From Desulfobacterota bacterium AH_259_B03_O07 (GTDB lineage Bacteria > Desulfobacterota_D > UBA1144 > Nemesobacterales > CSP1-2): a stretch of DNA of 64,000 nt. The notes under the pieces are model-generated. The model made no database searches and had not been told where the DNA came from. It saw only the letters and a program-made list of their open reading frames with translations. Location: the NCBI GenBank assembly GCA_027717645.1, contig JALLOG010000001.1, forward strand, positions 1,951-65,950, read 5' to 3'. A program made the translations under genes and the position numbers. Each line of letters begins with the position of its first letter. The first letter of the stretch is position 1. Below are positions 42,244-51,628 of this stretch, piece by piece.

Positions 42244-44136
42244 ATGAAGATATTACTTATCAATCCAAAGTTTCCTGAAAGTTTCTGGAGTTTTAAATGG
42301 GCAATTGATACTGTTTTGCCAAATGACATTAGAGCGGTAAACCCTCCTTTAGGATTGGCTACTTTAGCAGCATTGAGCCCTGAAGATTGGGAAATAGAAA
42401 TTATTGATGAAAACATCGAGTCTATACCACTTAAGCCTGATGCGGATATAATCGGGATATGTGGTATGGGGGTTCAATTTAATCGACAAAAGGAATTACT
42501 AACTTTTTATAAAAATAAAGCCTATTTTGTTGTTGCAGGAGGGAGTTTTGCATCACTATGTCCCGAACAGTATGAAGGTACAGCTGATACAGTAATCGCT
42601 GGTGAAGCAGAGTATATTTGGAAGGAGTTTTGTAAAGATTTCGAAAATGGCCGGCAAAAAAGTTTATACCAAGAAACTGGTGAAGTTTCACTCGAAGATT
42701 CTCCCGTTCCCAGGTTTGATCTTTTAAAAGTAGACAAATATCGGGCAGTTAGCTTGCAGTTCTCAAGAGGATGTCCATTTCGCTGCGAGTTTTGTGACAT
42801 AATTGTTATGTTTGGACGTAAACCACGTATAAAGTCTCTCGAACAGGTAGGTAAAGAATTGGATGCCTTAAGGGGTTTAAATTTAAATGTAAACAGGGTC
42901 TTTTATGTCGATGATAACCTAATCGGCAACAAACCTGCTGCAAAAAGACTATTAAAATATCTAAGAGAATACCAGGAAGAACATAACTATAAATTTAATT
43001 TTGGTACGGAGGCTTCATTAAATCTTGCACAGGATGAAGAACTTCTAACGCTCTTTCGTGAAGCGAATTTCAATTGGGTATTCATTGGAATCGAGTCACC
43101 AGATGAGGATAGTTTGAAAGAAACCTTAAAATTTCAGAATATACGTGAAGATATACTCACTTCTGTTAGGAGAATTTATTCCTATGGGATTGAGGTTCTC
43201 GCCGGATTTATAATTGGTTTCGATAATGACACTACGGAGACGTTTGACAAGCAATATCGGTTTATAATGGAGTCAGGAATCCAATCAGCAATGATCGGGC
43301 TTTTAATCGCTTTACCGAAAACGCCTCTTTATGAACGTCTGGCAAAAGAAGGAAGAGTTATTCATGATGCAAACGACTCTGACAACACGAAGCTTGGCAC
43401 GAATATTATTCCCAAGCAAATGAGATATGACGAAATGGTAAGAGGCTATCGTGACCTTTATTTTCGATTGTATGACAATCATAACATCGCAGATCGGATC
43501 AAAACTAAGCTGCGTTATCTTTCCAGCCCGCCTGACGGGGGTACCTATCCATTTAGAGAAGGTTTGAAAATTTTGAGATCATTGATTGTCCATGGAATAT
43601 TACCAGGCGGTTTTTCGCGTTTGTTCCATTTTATCCGATCCATACCTTTTTCCAGCCCGCGACTGTTTGAAAAGTTTATAACAGAATGGATTGTTGGATT
43701 AACCATGCGAGACTATATTGAACGTCATTTTATTCAGGAGTTTCATGAAACAAATAAGCTAGCCGATAGCTATTTCAAGTTGATCGAAAAAGGCTTTCAG
43801 AGTTATCTACGTAATGGTACTCTAGTGGTAAGTCTTGATCAAGTTAAAAATTCTGCTTCTAACCTTTCGATTTCCATGAAAGGGTTGTTAGATCGTGATT
43901 TCTTTATAGAAGCTACCCATCACTTAGAAAAGGTCCTCCAAAACACATATTCATGTGTTACTCTCAATATTGATGAGTTCCATCTGCCACAGATTCAATA
44001 TTTGAATCTGCTGTTGAAACGGCTTTCTCGCCATGGTAATAGAATTAATATAGGGGTACATGAAAAGTTAGGAGATATGATTGCTATCGATTCGTCGGTA
44101 TTTAATCTCGTTTTGGTAAAAAGTGTTTCAAAATAA
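42244..44136 (+). CDS. B12-binding-domain radical SAM protein with DUF4070-like C-terminal extension
   Basis: N-terminal cobalamin-binding-like domain (MKILLINPKF...PLGLATLAA). The radical SAM cluster motif is CPFRCEFC; 630 aa. Confidence 0.85.
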   Translation: MKILLINPKFPESFWSFKWAIDTVLPNDIRAVNPPLGLATLAALSPEDWEIEIIDENIESIPLKPDADIIGICGMGVQFNRQKELLTFYKNKAYFVVAGGSFASLCPEQYEGTADTVIAGEAEYIWKEFCKDFENGRQKSLYQETGEVSLEDSPVPRFDLLKVDKYRAVSLQFSRGCPFRCEFCDIIVMFGRKPRIKSLEQVGKELDALRGLNLNVNRVFYVDDNLIGNKPAAKRLLKYLREYQEEHNYKFNFGTEASLNLAQDEELLTLFREANFNWVFIGIESPDEDSLKETLKFQNIREDILTSVRRIYSYGIEVLAGFIIGFDNDTTETFDKQYRFIMESGIQSAMIGLLIALPKTPLYERLAKEGRVIHDANDSDNTKLGTNIIPKQMRYDEMVRGYRDLYFRLYDNHNIADRIKTKLRYLSSPPDGGTYPFREGLKILRSLIVHGILPGGFSRLFHFIRSIPFSSPRLFEKFITEWIVGLTMRDYIERHFIQEFHETNKLADSYFKLIEKGFQSYLRNGTLVVSLDQVKNSASNLSISMKGLLDRDFFIEATHHLEKVLQNTYSCVTLNIDEFHLPQIQYLNLLLKRLSRHGNRINIGVHEKLGDMIAIDSSVFNLVLVKSVSK

Positions 44137-44162
44137 GGGAGATGTAAAAAATATGAAATCCC

Positions 44163-44837
44163 TTAACTAAGTTGAACATCCATAACTAACTCAGCATGTG
44201 AAAAAATCCAATTATTAACACTGACAAAGTCAGAAAAACATGGAATATCCTTGTCTAATGCCTTGAAACGCTCCTGCCCAAAAGTCCAAGTTACTCCGAC
44301 AAATGGTACTCCAAAGTCCCGAGCTATTCGATAATCGTTTAGAGAGTCCCCGATAAAGACCATCTGCGTCCGTTTAAGATTGAATTTATTTTCAAACCAT
44401 GAGAAATGGGATCCACCTTTTTGAAAACCTCCAAATCTGAAACCAAGGGCAGAGTCGATTTCTACTTCCCATCTATTCACAATTTTGTCTATATTTTCTT
44501 GTATGTTGTTTGAAGATAAGCAAACCTTAAAACCATTTTCAATGAGATGAAAAATTGCTTTTGAAGCCCCATGCCGAAGCCGATGGTCAGTCATTAATAA
44601 GCCCTTTTTCCACTCCTCAAACTGGTTAGCAACATTATAGTTCAAATGATGATCTGGGAAAATTTGTTCTAGCTGTTGGCAAAAGGGGAAGCCGGATGTT
44701 TCTAGGTATAATGATCGTGCACTGCCAAAATCGACTCCATATTTATCTTGCATCAGGCTAGCTGCAGAATCTGCATAGGAATCCATAGTATCAACTAAAG
44801 TACCATCCAAATCAAATATTACTAACTTAATATTCAT
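44163..44837 (-). CDS. HAD-superfamily hydrolase
   Basis: VIFDLDGTLVDT (motif I), SSNN and GDSLNDY (motif IV). Confidence 0.85.
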   Translation of the reverse strand: MNIKLVIFDLDGTLVDTMDSYADSAASLMQDKYGVDFGSARSLYLETSGFPFCQQLEQIFPDHHLNYNVANQFEEWKKGLLMTDHRLRHGASKAIFHLIENGFKVCLSSNNIQENIDKIVNRWEVEIDSALGFRFGGFQKGGSHFSWFENKFNLKRTQMVFIGDSLNDYRIARDFGVPFVGVTWTFGQERFKALDKDIPCFSDFVSVNNWIFSHAELVMDVQLS

Positions 44838-44903
44838 TCGACCTTAATTCCTTAATGAATTTTATTATTTGATAACTGAACGAAATGGTGTTGATCGATA
44901 AAT

Positions 44904-45683
44904 CTATGTAAGACGTTTTAGTATTAATAAAGAGTACTCATCAAGCCATTCAACCTGTTCAGTATCTTTGAAGTTGCTGATTACATTTTTTTCAAACACT
45001 TTTATACATTCCTCCAATTCTTCTTCGTCGTATAAAGAGAAAACTGAATAGAATCTGTTCCTTGCCTTATTTATAAGGTGTTGCAAGGTATCTCGTCTTT
45101 CAAATTTGAAATCTTTGACAGATTCTATAAATAGAGTGGAATTTGTCATAGCATTAATTTCATGAAACTCAGGAAGTCTGTTTTCTTTTTCAAAAAACTT
45201 AGGGAAATACTTTCCCCAAATATTCCGACCATTTTGACTTCGTAATCGAGTATAAATAAACACCAAACCATTTTCCTTAATAACCTTGCTCACTTGTTGC
45301 ATAAACTTTGGAATATCAAACTGATTCATTGTATTAAAAGTGAAAATGCAATCCAATGAATCATCATCCAGAGGCAGCTCATTAGCATCGGCCTTTATTG
45401 TCTTAAAATTTGTTATACCGTGACTTTTCAGATTATGATAAGTTTCCTCAAGCATCACTTCATTTATATCAATACATGTTAAATGTAGATTGCTTAAATT
45501 TTTAAACAACAATAAATCATACCTACCCTGACCACATCCAATATCCGCTGCCTCTATTTTTCTCAAATGTTTTAATCTATTACTTATAAATACAATTGGT
45601 TCTTCATCTGTTGTCCTCATGCATCCATATGAAATAGCTAATTTTGAGAAATGTTCATACATGTTTCTCTGTTCTTCAACCAT
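44904..45683 (-). CDS. class I SAM-dependent methyltransferase
   Basis: ADIGCGQGRYDL motif I, and DCIFTFN. Confidence 0.8.
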   Translation of the reverse strand: MVEEQRNMYEHFSKLAISYGCMRTTDEEPIVFISNRLKHLRKIEAADIGCGQGRYDLLLFKNLSNLHLTCIDINEVMLEETYHNLKSHGITNFKTIKADANELPLDDDSLDCIFTFNTMNQFDIPKFMQQVSKVIKENGLVFIYTRLRSQNGRNIWGKYFPKFFEKENRLPEFHEINAMTNSTLFIESVKDFKFERRDTLQHLINKARNRFYSVFSLYDEEELEECIKVFEKNVISNFKDTEQVEWLDEYSLLILKRLT

Positions 45684-46491
45684 TTGCCTAACTCCTCCTG
45701 TACAATAAATAACCCAGTCAATTTTTATTCCTTACCATCACCGAAATGTAGTATTATATATTTAGTAAAAATGGCGCTCGACAGATACCAAATTTCCCCT
45801 GATTCCTTGATGTTTCTTCAATATCAGAAAAAATCCTTTCAAGTTATTTTAACCCCCCCATCACATATTCGATATTTCAAACAGGTTTAAAAAACATTAG
45901 CTACCCAATTAAGTTACTAATAATCTTTAATCGCAAAAAAAAACCTATTTATATATTTTATGAGGTAAACGCGATTACTAAAAAAATATTTTCCGCAAGT
46001 TTGAGTCCTAATTTAGAACTCAATGAGTAATAGAAAAAAATCCCCCAACAAATACAACATAGCATACATCAATTCTAAAATCAAGAACTTGTACTGGGAC
46101 AGTCCCGATATATTTGCTCAAGCGCTATAGTGGTTTGAGTAATGCGTAAATAGGGGAATTATTTGGAGGGATAAATTACAGTGCTCTGAGTGAAGTATCG
46201 GGAAGGTTAGGAAAACAGATGAGAAGAGATCGAATATTAATAATAGTTAATAGGGTTGAGTCAAAAGTCAAGCCCTGACACCTCTTAACTGAACTGAGTT
46301 ACAATGTCATTAAAAGAATCAGGGAGGAGACGCTTGTTGAACCTTCCGTGGCCATAATATCTATCTTAATTGCGTTGATAAACACAAAATTAGGAGAGAG
46401 TATTTTTTTACTAGTTTCAGTAATTTTCATAATTCAAAAAAGATGGCAAAAGCGTCGAGGTTTATAAAAATAGAAATAGGAGGATTAATAA

Positions 46492-46812
46492 ATGGGATGG
46501 GTATATCTTGCATTCGCGGGGATATTCGAGATTGGATTTACATCATTCCTTAAGCTTTCAGTAGGGTTTACCAAGCTACTTCCTTCAATTGGCTTTCTTA
46601 TATTTTCCGCATTAAGCTTCTGGCTTCTTACTAAGTCTTTGACTACCATTCCTCTTGGCACTGCCTATGCTGTTTGGACGGGAATTGGAGCCTTTGGTAC
46701 AGCTATCATTGGAATGATATTTTTTAAGGATCCTGTTAGTCTTGGCAGAGTATTGTTCCTTGCGATACTAATAGGATCTATTGTGGGTCTCAAGATAGTC
46801 TCAACGACCTGA
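46492..46812 (+). CDS. sugE: SMR-family transporter, SugE/Gdx (guanidinium exporter)-like
   Basis: 106 aa, 4 TM. AGIFEIGF (conserved Glu) and LGTAYAVWTGIGAFGTAIIG closely resemble E. coli SugE. Confidence 0.85.
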   Translation: MGWVYLAFAGIFEIGFTSFLKLSVGFTKLLPSIGFLIFSALSFWLLTKSLTTIPLGTAYAVWTGIGAFGTAIIGMIFFKDPVSLGRVLFLAILIGSIVGLKIVSTT

Positions 46813-46819
46813 ATTAATT

Positions 46820-46944
46820 AAATCTCCCTAAATCCCCCATTCGTCAAGCTCAGGGCTGGCTCTTTATCAAAGAGTGACTTTATTCTCCAGTTTGTCAAAG
46901 GAATTCAGTTTGCTCCTTAGTAAAGGAGGGATAGGGTGGATTTT
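46820..46944. repeat. MITE-like 125-bp element with imperfect terminal inverted repeats
   Basis: AAATCTCCCTAAATCCCCC ... GGAGGGATAGGGTGGATTT. It begins 8 nt after the sugE stop. Confidence 0.5.
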
Positions 46945-47128
46945 ATATTGATTATGTTTCAAATCCGTCTAATTCTTGCTTTGTTAAGCTAAGTGAATGT
47001 GCACGTAATGACAATGAACAAAGATTATGTTAACGTATCTACGCTGTCTAAAACCATCTTTCTTGCAATTACAATTGAAAATCTGTAAAAAATTGCAGGA
47101 AATAATCAAGTTCCAAGGAGGATCTAAG

Positions 47129-47818
47129 ATGAGTAACAGATTAATACTTTCCTTAATTGTATTATCATTTATGATCAGCTTTGTAGGAGTTGAGTTTGCC
47201 AAGGCTCAGCTTGATGAAAGAGCAGTAAAGTGCGCCAACATTTTGTACGCACAAGCGAATGCAGGTCCTAGTCAGAGGATTCCACAGGAACTAATCAACG
47301 ACGCAATGTGCATAGTAGTAATACCCAAAATGGTAAAAGCAGGATTAGTGATAACTGTTGAAAGCGGAAAGGGACTAGCTAGTTGCAGGGATCGAAAGAC
47401 AGGAAGGTGGGGTGCACCAGCTTTCTTCAACGCTGGTGGAGGTTCTATAGGTCTTTCAATCGGGGGGAGTACTTTCGATGTAATAACTCTCGTAATGGAT
47501 GAAAGAGGAGTCGGTGGTTTGATATCAGAGAGCGTGACATTTGGTTCGGCTCAGGCCTCAGCTGTAGCAGGAAACCTGGGGGGTATGACTGGTTCACATA
47601 CCAAGGGTTTCTCTTTTATCACTTATACACTATCAGAGGATGGCTTTTTTGCCGGCGCGGACCTGGGTGGTCTAAAGCTCAGCTTCAACAGCAAGGGAAA
47701 TACTAGAGCCTACGGTGAGCCTTTATCTGCCTATCAAACACTTCTCGAGGAAAGAAAGATCCCTTCACGGATTAAGATATTCGACGATGCACTCGCGAAA
47801 TTCGCTCCTAAACGCTAG
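47129..47818 (+). CDS. secreted SYLF (DUF500/Ysc84-like) lipid-binding domain protein
   Basis: Signal peptide MSNRLILSLIVLSFMISFVGVEFAKA. Also CIVVIPKMVKAGLV...GRWGAPAFFNAGGGSIGLSIGG. ATG 47129 follows AAGGAGG. Confidence 0.8.
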   Translation: MSNRLILSLIVLSFMISFVGVEFAKAQLDERAVKCANILYAQANAGPSQRIPQELINDAMCIVVIPKMVKAGLVITVESGKGLASCRDRKTGRWGAPAFFNAGGGSIGLSIGGSTFDVITLVMDERGVGGLISESVTFGSAQASAVAGNLGGMTGSHTKGFSFITYTLSEDGFFAGADLGGLKLSFNSKGNTRAYGEPLSAYQTLLEERKIPSRIKIFDDALAKFAPKR

Positions 47819-48284
47819 ATAATCTAATCAAGCCAATAGCTCGGGTTTTCTATCCATTTCAACCTCGAAATGTAAAACCAGATGAGTTGCAATGACCGTT
47901 TCGATTGTCGGAAGGGCAGTCGTAGAATCGTCATAGATTGCCAATAATAAGGCTAATACAATAAGATTATCAGTCCGATAGATTAAAATTTCGATGGCTT
48001 ATACCACTTCTCAAAAAGCCGGAATAAAGCGGAAGTTTTCACTTCAGGATAGTGACTGAGTCATAATTTGTATATTATTGTACACTTTGATATATTCTGA
48101 ACCAGTGGTCTAAATGGGTCGATAAAAAATTCAGATAGGTCGACTTCAATGGCCGAGCCGGTTGAGCCTTATGAGCCAATACCCGAACCAATGCCGGATT
48201 ATGAACCTATTGAAATGGAACCTATGGACATGCCGATTGATTCCGAATTCTAGTAATCAGCTGAATATATCGAGGAGGATCGCT

Positions 48285-48473
48285 ATGATTAACAAAAATT
48301 CGCAGATTTGTAGCTGAACTAACGCACTGCTATTTTTGGTAACGGTAACGATATTTTTAACTGCCGGCTGCTCGGAAGAGAAGCCAACCCGAAAGAAGTC
48401 CGTTCTCACGAAGGAGGAGAGGGATGCATGGAGCCCTCGAAGATTTGTGAGTTTAATGAAGGAAGGAAATTGA
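48285..48473 (+). pseudogene. small lipoprotein gene with in-frame TGA at codon 11
   Basis: GAGGAGG RBS, then ATG. The frame reads MINKNSQICS-TGA(48315-48317)-TNALLFLVTVTIFLTAGCSEEKPTRKK...KEGN*. It would be a canonical lipoprotein signal (lipobox TAGC) if read through. Confidence 0.4.
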
Positions 48474-48497
48474 CCTTGTCTCAGGATGATGATGAAT

Positions 48498-48571
48498 TGG
48501 CTGGGGCGGGTGGATTCGAACCACCATAGCAGGCTCCAAAGGCCTGAGTCCTGCCATTAGACGACGCCCCA
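48498..48571 (-). tRNA. tRNA-Gln (UUG), CCA encoded
   Basis: Reverse complement: UGGGGCGUCGUCUAAUGGCAGGACUCAGGCCUUUGGAGCCUGCUAUGGUGGUUCGAAUCCACCCGCCCCAGCCA. Clean cloverleaf with U1-A72 and G73, as in bacterial tRNA-Gln. Confidence 0.92.
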
Positions 48572-48880
48572 ATGTATGTTATGAGTCTCTTTAATCAATG
48601 AAAATCCAAAAGTAGTATCGTTTATTCCGACATATTACCAAGCTTTTCATATGTGATCAAATAAGAGATTTTCTTGGTTATTTTTCTGAACTTTTTTGGG
48701 AGAATTGGGATCTAAAATCGGAGGTAGGAAAAAACTACCAATCAATCGAGTAAGCCTTTAATTTATGACGTCTTTGAATATCATCCTTCGACTTGTCTAG
48801 GGATGTTCGTAATAAGCAAAACCGTTTACACTGAGCGTGTCGAAGTGTGTTAAATTAAATTACACCCTGTATTGCATTCT

Positions 48881-49744
48881 TTAAAGTCTATGCCAACCCG
48901 ATATTCCTTTGACTAAATATACTTTGAACTTTGAGCTATCTTTGATGTAGTTATAAATAATACTTGCCTCTTTTTTCTCTTTAAAGGCAGCGAAGACGGT
49001 CGGACCGCTGCCAGTCATAGATACTGCTCTAGCTCCGATATCGATTAACCTGTCTTTTAGCTGTTTTATCTCCGGGTATACTCCAATAGCAGCTTTTTCT
49101 AGATCATTCCAAAGTGGAAACTTTCCGTTTCTAAACATCGAAATAGTGTTTTCAATATTTTCAAGTCTTAATTCTTCTTTATCGGTCTCTTCCCATTGTT
49201 CATAGATTTTTCTGGTTGATACTTCAAATCCGGGGTTAATAATCAGATAGTGAAATAGAGGGAAATCTCTTATTACGGTGATTTGTTCTCCTATTCCCTC
49301 TGCTATCGCGCTCCTGCAATTTATAAAAAGAGCTACATCGGCCCCGATTTTGGCTGAGGTTTTAAGGAGTTCATCTTGGGTAAGTTTCTTTGTTATTTTA
49401 TTTAAGCCTACCAGGACTGCTCCGGCGTTACTGCTCCCACCACCAAGTCCTGCCCCCAATGGTATTGTTTTCTTAATAGAAATTCTAACCTTGAAACTTA
49501 GCCTAGATTCTTTAAGAAAGAGATCCGAGGCCCTCCATGCAAGATTTTCATCTCCCGAAGGCAATTTAAGCCCTTTTGATTGAATTTCGATTCCTACCCC
49601 ATCAAAGATTTCAATCTTAATCTCATCAAATATATTTACTGGCTGCATAATTGATCTAATTTCATGGTATCCGTCAGGCCTTTTGCCAAGGATTTCCAGT
49701 GTCAAATTAACCTTAGCAGGTGAGAGTAGGGTAATGTTATTCAT
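48881..49744 (-). CDS. ispE: 4-(cytidine 5'-diphospho)-2-C-methyl-D-erythritol kinase
   Basis: SPAKVNLTLEILGKRPDGYHEI and IPLGAGLGGGSSNAGAVL (GHMP motif). Confidence 0.92.
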   Translation of the reverse strand: MNNITLLSPAKVNLTLEILGKRPDGYHEIRSIMQPVNIFDEIKIEIFDGVGIEIQSKGLKLPSGDENLAWRASDLFLKESRLSFKVRISIKKTIPLGAGLGGGSSNAGAVLVGLNKITKKLTQDELLKTSAKIGADVALFINCRSAIAEGIGEQITVIRDFPLFHYLIINPGFEVSTRKIYEQWEETDKEELRLENIENTISMFRNGKFPLWNDLEKAAIGVYPEIKQLKDRLIDIGARAVSMTGSGPTVFAAFKEKKEASIIYNYIKDSSKFKVYLVKGISGWHRL

Positions 49745-49960
49745 TGAAATTGAACAAATATTAGGTAATAATGAATTAATTCATTTTTTTCCATTATATC
49801 GAGCTAAAAGAATTCCAAACTAGTATGGCTTTTCTCTTTATTATATAATTGCTTGACATTAAATGTTTATACTGATTATCATATTTCCCAATTTTGGTAC
49901 AGCATTCAAATAAACTATAATCGTGTCTATGCATTGTATTTTTACATTAAGGAGGAAAAT

Positions 49961-50365
49961 ATGAAATTAAAAAAATGGGTTCTGTTGGGATTAATAGCAG
50001 TTGTACCACTTTTAAATCAGGGTTGTTGGGCTGCGGCAGCTGGAACGGTGGGTGTAGCAGCCGGTGCTGGAACTATTGCATACATTAAAGGCGAGCTTAA
50101 GGCAACCGAAGCCTATTCCGTACCTGACGTTTGGATAGCAACAGAGAAAGCAGTTGACGAGATGCAATTGATTGTGACCGAGAAAGAGCACGACGTTACA
50201 GCAGGAAGACTTGATGCCTATACTGCTGATAACCAGAAGGTACGCATAAGCCTTAAAAGACATGGTGATAACATTACTGAAATAACGATTCGAATTGGAA
50301 CTCTTGGTGACCAAGAACTCTCCCGTTTTATTTTATCAAAGATACAGAAGAATCTAAAAGGATAA
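49961..50365 (+). CDS. DUF3568-like lipoprotein (copy A)
   Basis: AGGAGG RBS. MKLKKWVLLGLIAVVPLLNQGC carries the lipobox. The C-terminal 91 aa are 89% identical to 52137..52412. Confidence 0.75.
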   Translation: MKLKKWVLLGLIAVVPLLNQGCWAAAAGTVGVAAGAGTIAYIKGELKATEAYSVPDVWIATEKAVDEMQLIVTEKEHDVTAGRLDAYTADNQKVRISLKRHGDNITEITIRIGTLGDQELSRFILSKIQKNLKG

Positions 50366-50400
50366 ATAAATCTTACAGACCTAAGCTTGAATATTAAATC

Positions 50401-50580
50401 TTAATTCTTCAGGTCGGTTAAAGCTGAAAATTTAGCACCATACCAGTCAATATAATCGCCAAGTCGTTTTTCGATGAATTCTATTTCTTTATCTGTAAGT
50501 TCTCTTTCTAGTTCCTGATCAGCTACGTTTTGTAAGTCATCAACATTGATGAAATAAATAACCCTATTTTTTGTTTTCAT
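50401..50580 (-). CDS. small acidic protein, family copy 1 (59 aa)
   Basis: My translation: MKTKNRVIYFINVDDLQNVADQELERELTDKEIEFIEKRLGDYIDWYGAKFSALTDLKN. It is a paralogue of 52446..52640 and is 1 aa below the ORF-track cutoff. Confidence 0.6.
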   Translation of the reverse strand: MKTKNRVIYFINVDDLQNVADQELERELTDKEIEFIEKRLGDYIDWYGAKFSALTDLKN

Positions 50581-50687
50581 AATTTTTAACCTTTATTAAT
50601 TTAAAGACGATTTCTGATATTGTGCATAAATTATACAAAACAGAAACTTCTTGCAATCATATAACAATCCAACCTAGTTGTGATACT

Positions 50688-51074
50688 TCATAATCTTTTT
50701 TCCTTATTTAAATACTGAATTATTTTATCTACAAATTTCTTTCCATTCTTAAGTATTCCTTCTGCCTCCACTTTGGTTATAACGAATGTATGATCATAGT
50801 CTCCTAGCTGTCTCTTTTCAAAAGCTCTATTTAGTTCCCTGCTCATTTCCTTTGCAAGAATATCTGTTTTGATGAAATGTTTTCCGAAAGCAGAAATCAC
50901 ACCTTTGTGAGACGAGAATTATAAGTTCTTACTAAGCAATGCTGCTTGAGCACAATACAACATCGCATAGTATGTTCTTGAAACTGAAGATTCGTAATCT
51001 CCATCCTTGAGAAGTACTTCTGCACTTTTGATATATCTTTTAGCCCTTTTAACTAGGGATTCTATTTCTTTCAA
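50688..51074 (-). pseudogene. HEPN-domain toxin gene with in-frame TAA at codon 52
   Basis: The TTG start overlaps the MNT stop (GCTTGA). The frame reads KEIESLVKRAKRYIKSAEVLLKDGDYESSVSRTYYAMLYCAQAALLSKNL-TAA(50919-50921)-FSSHKGVISAFGKHF...KRQLGDYDH (R-x6-H). Confidence 0.75.
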
Positions 51075-51385
51075 GCAGATATTCCTTCTCTCCGAACATT
51101 TATAAGTAGTGGGCTTTTTACTGTGGAATAGTCCTCTTCGGAGATGGGATAAACGAAGAGTAATACGCCATATTCTAGATTGATATCGGTAATGATGTTG
51201 ATCATTCTATCAACCTCTTTTCCAGGAATAACTTTCCCTTGGAGAACAATAAGCAGATCAATGTCTGATTCTTCTGTTGCATCACCTCTCGCCCATGAAC
51301 CATAGAGAACGATATCTTTTAATTTCTTACTATATAGTTTTTCAACTTCAGCTCTGAATTCATCAAGTATTTTATTTATTTTCAT
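51071..51385 (-). CDS. minimal nucleotidyltransferase (MNT) antitoxin
   Basis: LYGSWARGDATEESDIDLLIV (GSxxRGD...DxD); 104 aa. Confidence 0.88.
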   Translation of the reverse strand: MKINKILDEFRAEVEKLYSKKLKDIVLYGSWARGDATEESDIDLLIVLQGKVIPGKEVDRMINIITDINLEYGVLLFVYPISEEDYSTVKSPLLINVRREGISA

Positions 51386-51528
51386 AATATTGTCTCAAAA
51401 ATTTCACTCAATTTGTTAACCTTGGGATATTCGTTAGTGTTTTCTGGTTCTACAACCTCTTTTATTGCTTCTCTAACATAAAAATCACAGTGGATAAATA
51501 TACTTAATTTATGTTTCACTTCAATCAG

Positions 51529-51624
51529 TTAGCAATAAGTAAGTTCTCTATCTAATTCCTGTTCGGCTACATTCTGTAAGTCTTCAACATTTAAGGAATA
51601 AATAATCCTATTTTTCGTTTTCAT
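51529..51624 (-). pseudogene. truncated copy 2 of the small acidic ORF (first 28 codons only)
   Basis: MKTKNRIIYSLNVEDLQNVAEQELDRELT, then unrelated sequence and a stop. The ATG lies 4 nt after the HicB-like stop. Confidence 0.65.
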
Positions 51625-51628
51625 AATT

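Noticed and set aside
45684-46491. Guanidine riboswitch call upstream of sugE/gdx
   Set aside because: I looked for the guanidine-I core (GGUCCGAGAG, ACGG.GGGA.AAAAGCCCGGGAGA), for paired ACGR-loop hairpins (guanidine-II) and for CCGGACGAGG (guanidine-III). None is present, apart from a vague AAAAG..CAGGGAGGAGA resemblance. It is kept only as an unexplained region.
48149-48253. 34-codon Pro/Glu-rich mini-ORF (MAEPVEPYEPIPEPMPDYEPIEMEPMDMPIDSEF)
   Set aside because: No RBS, no homologous pattern recognised, and too short to support. It could be a remnant of a larger gene.
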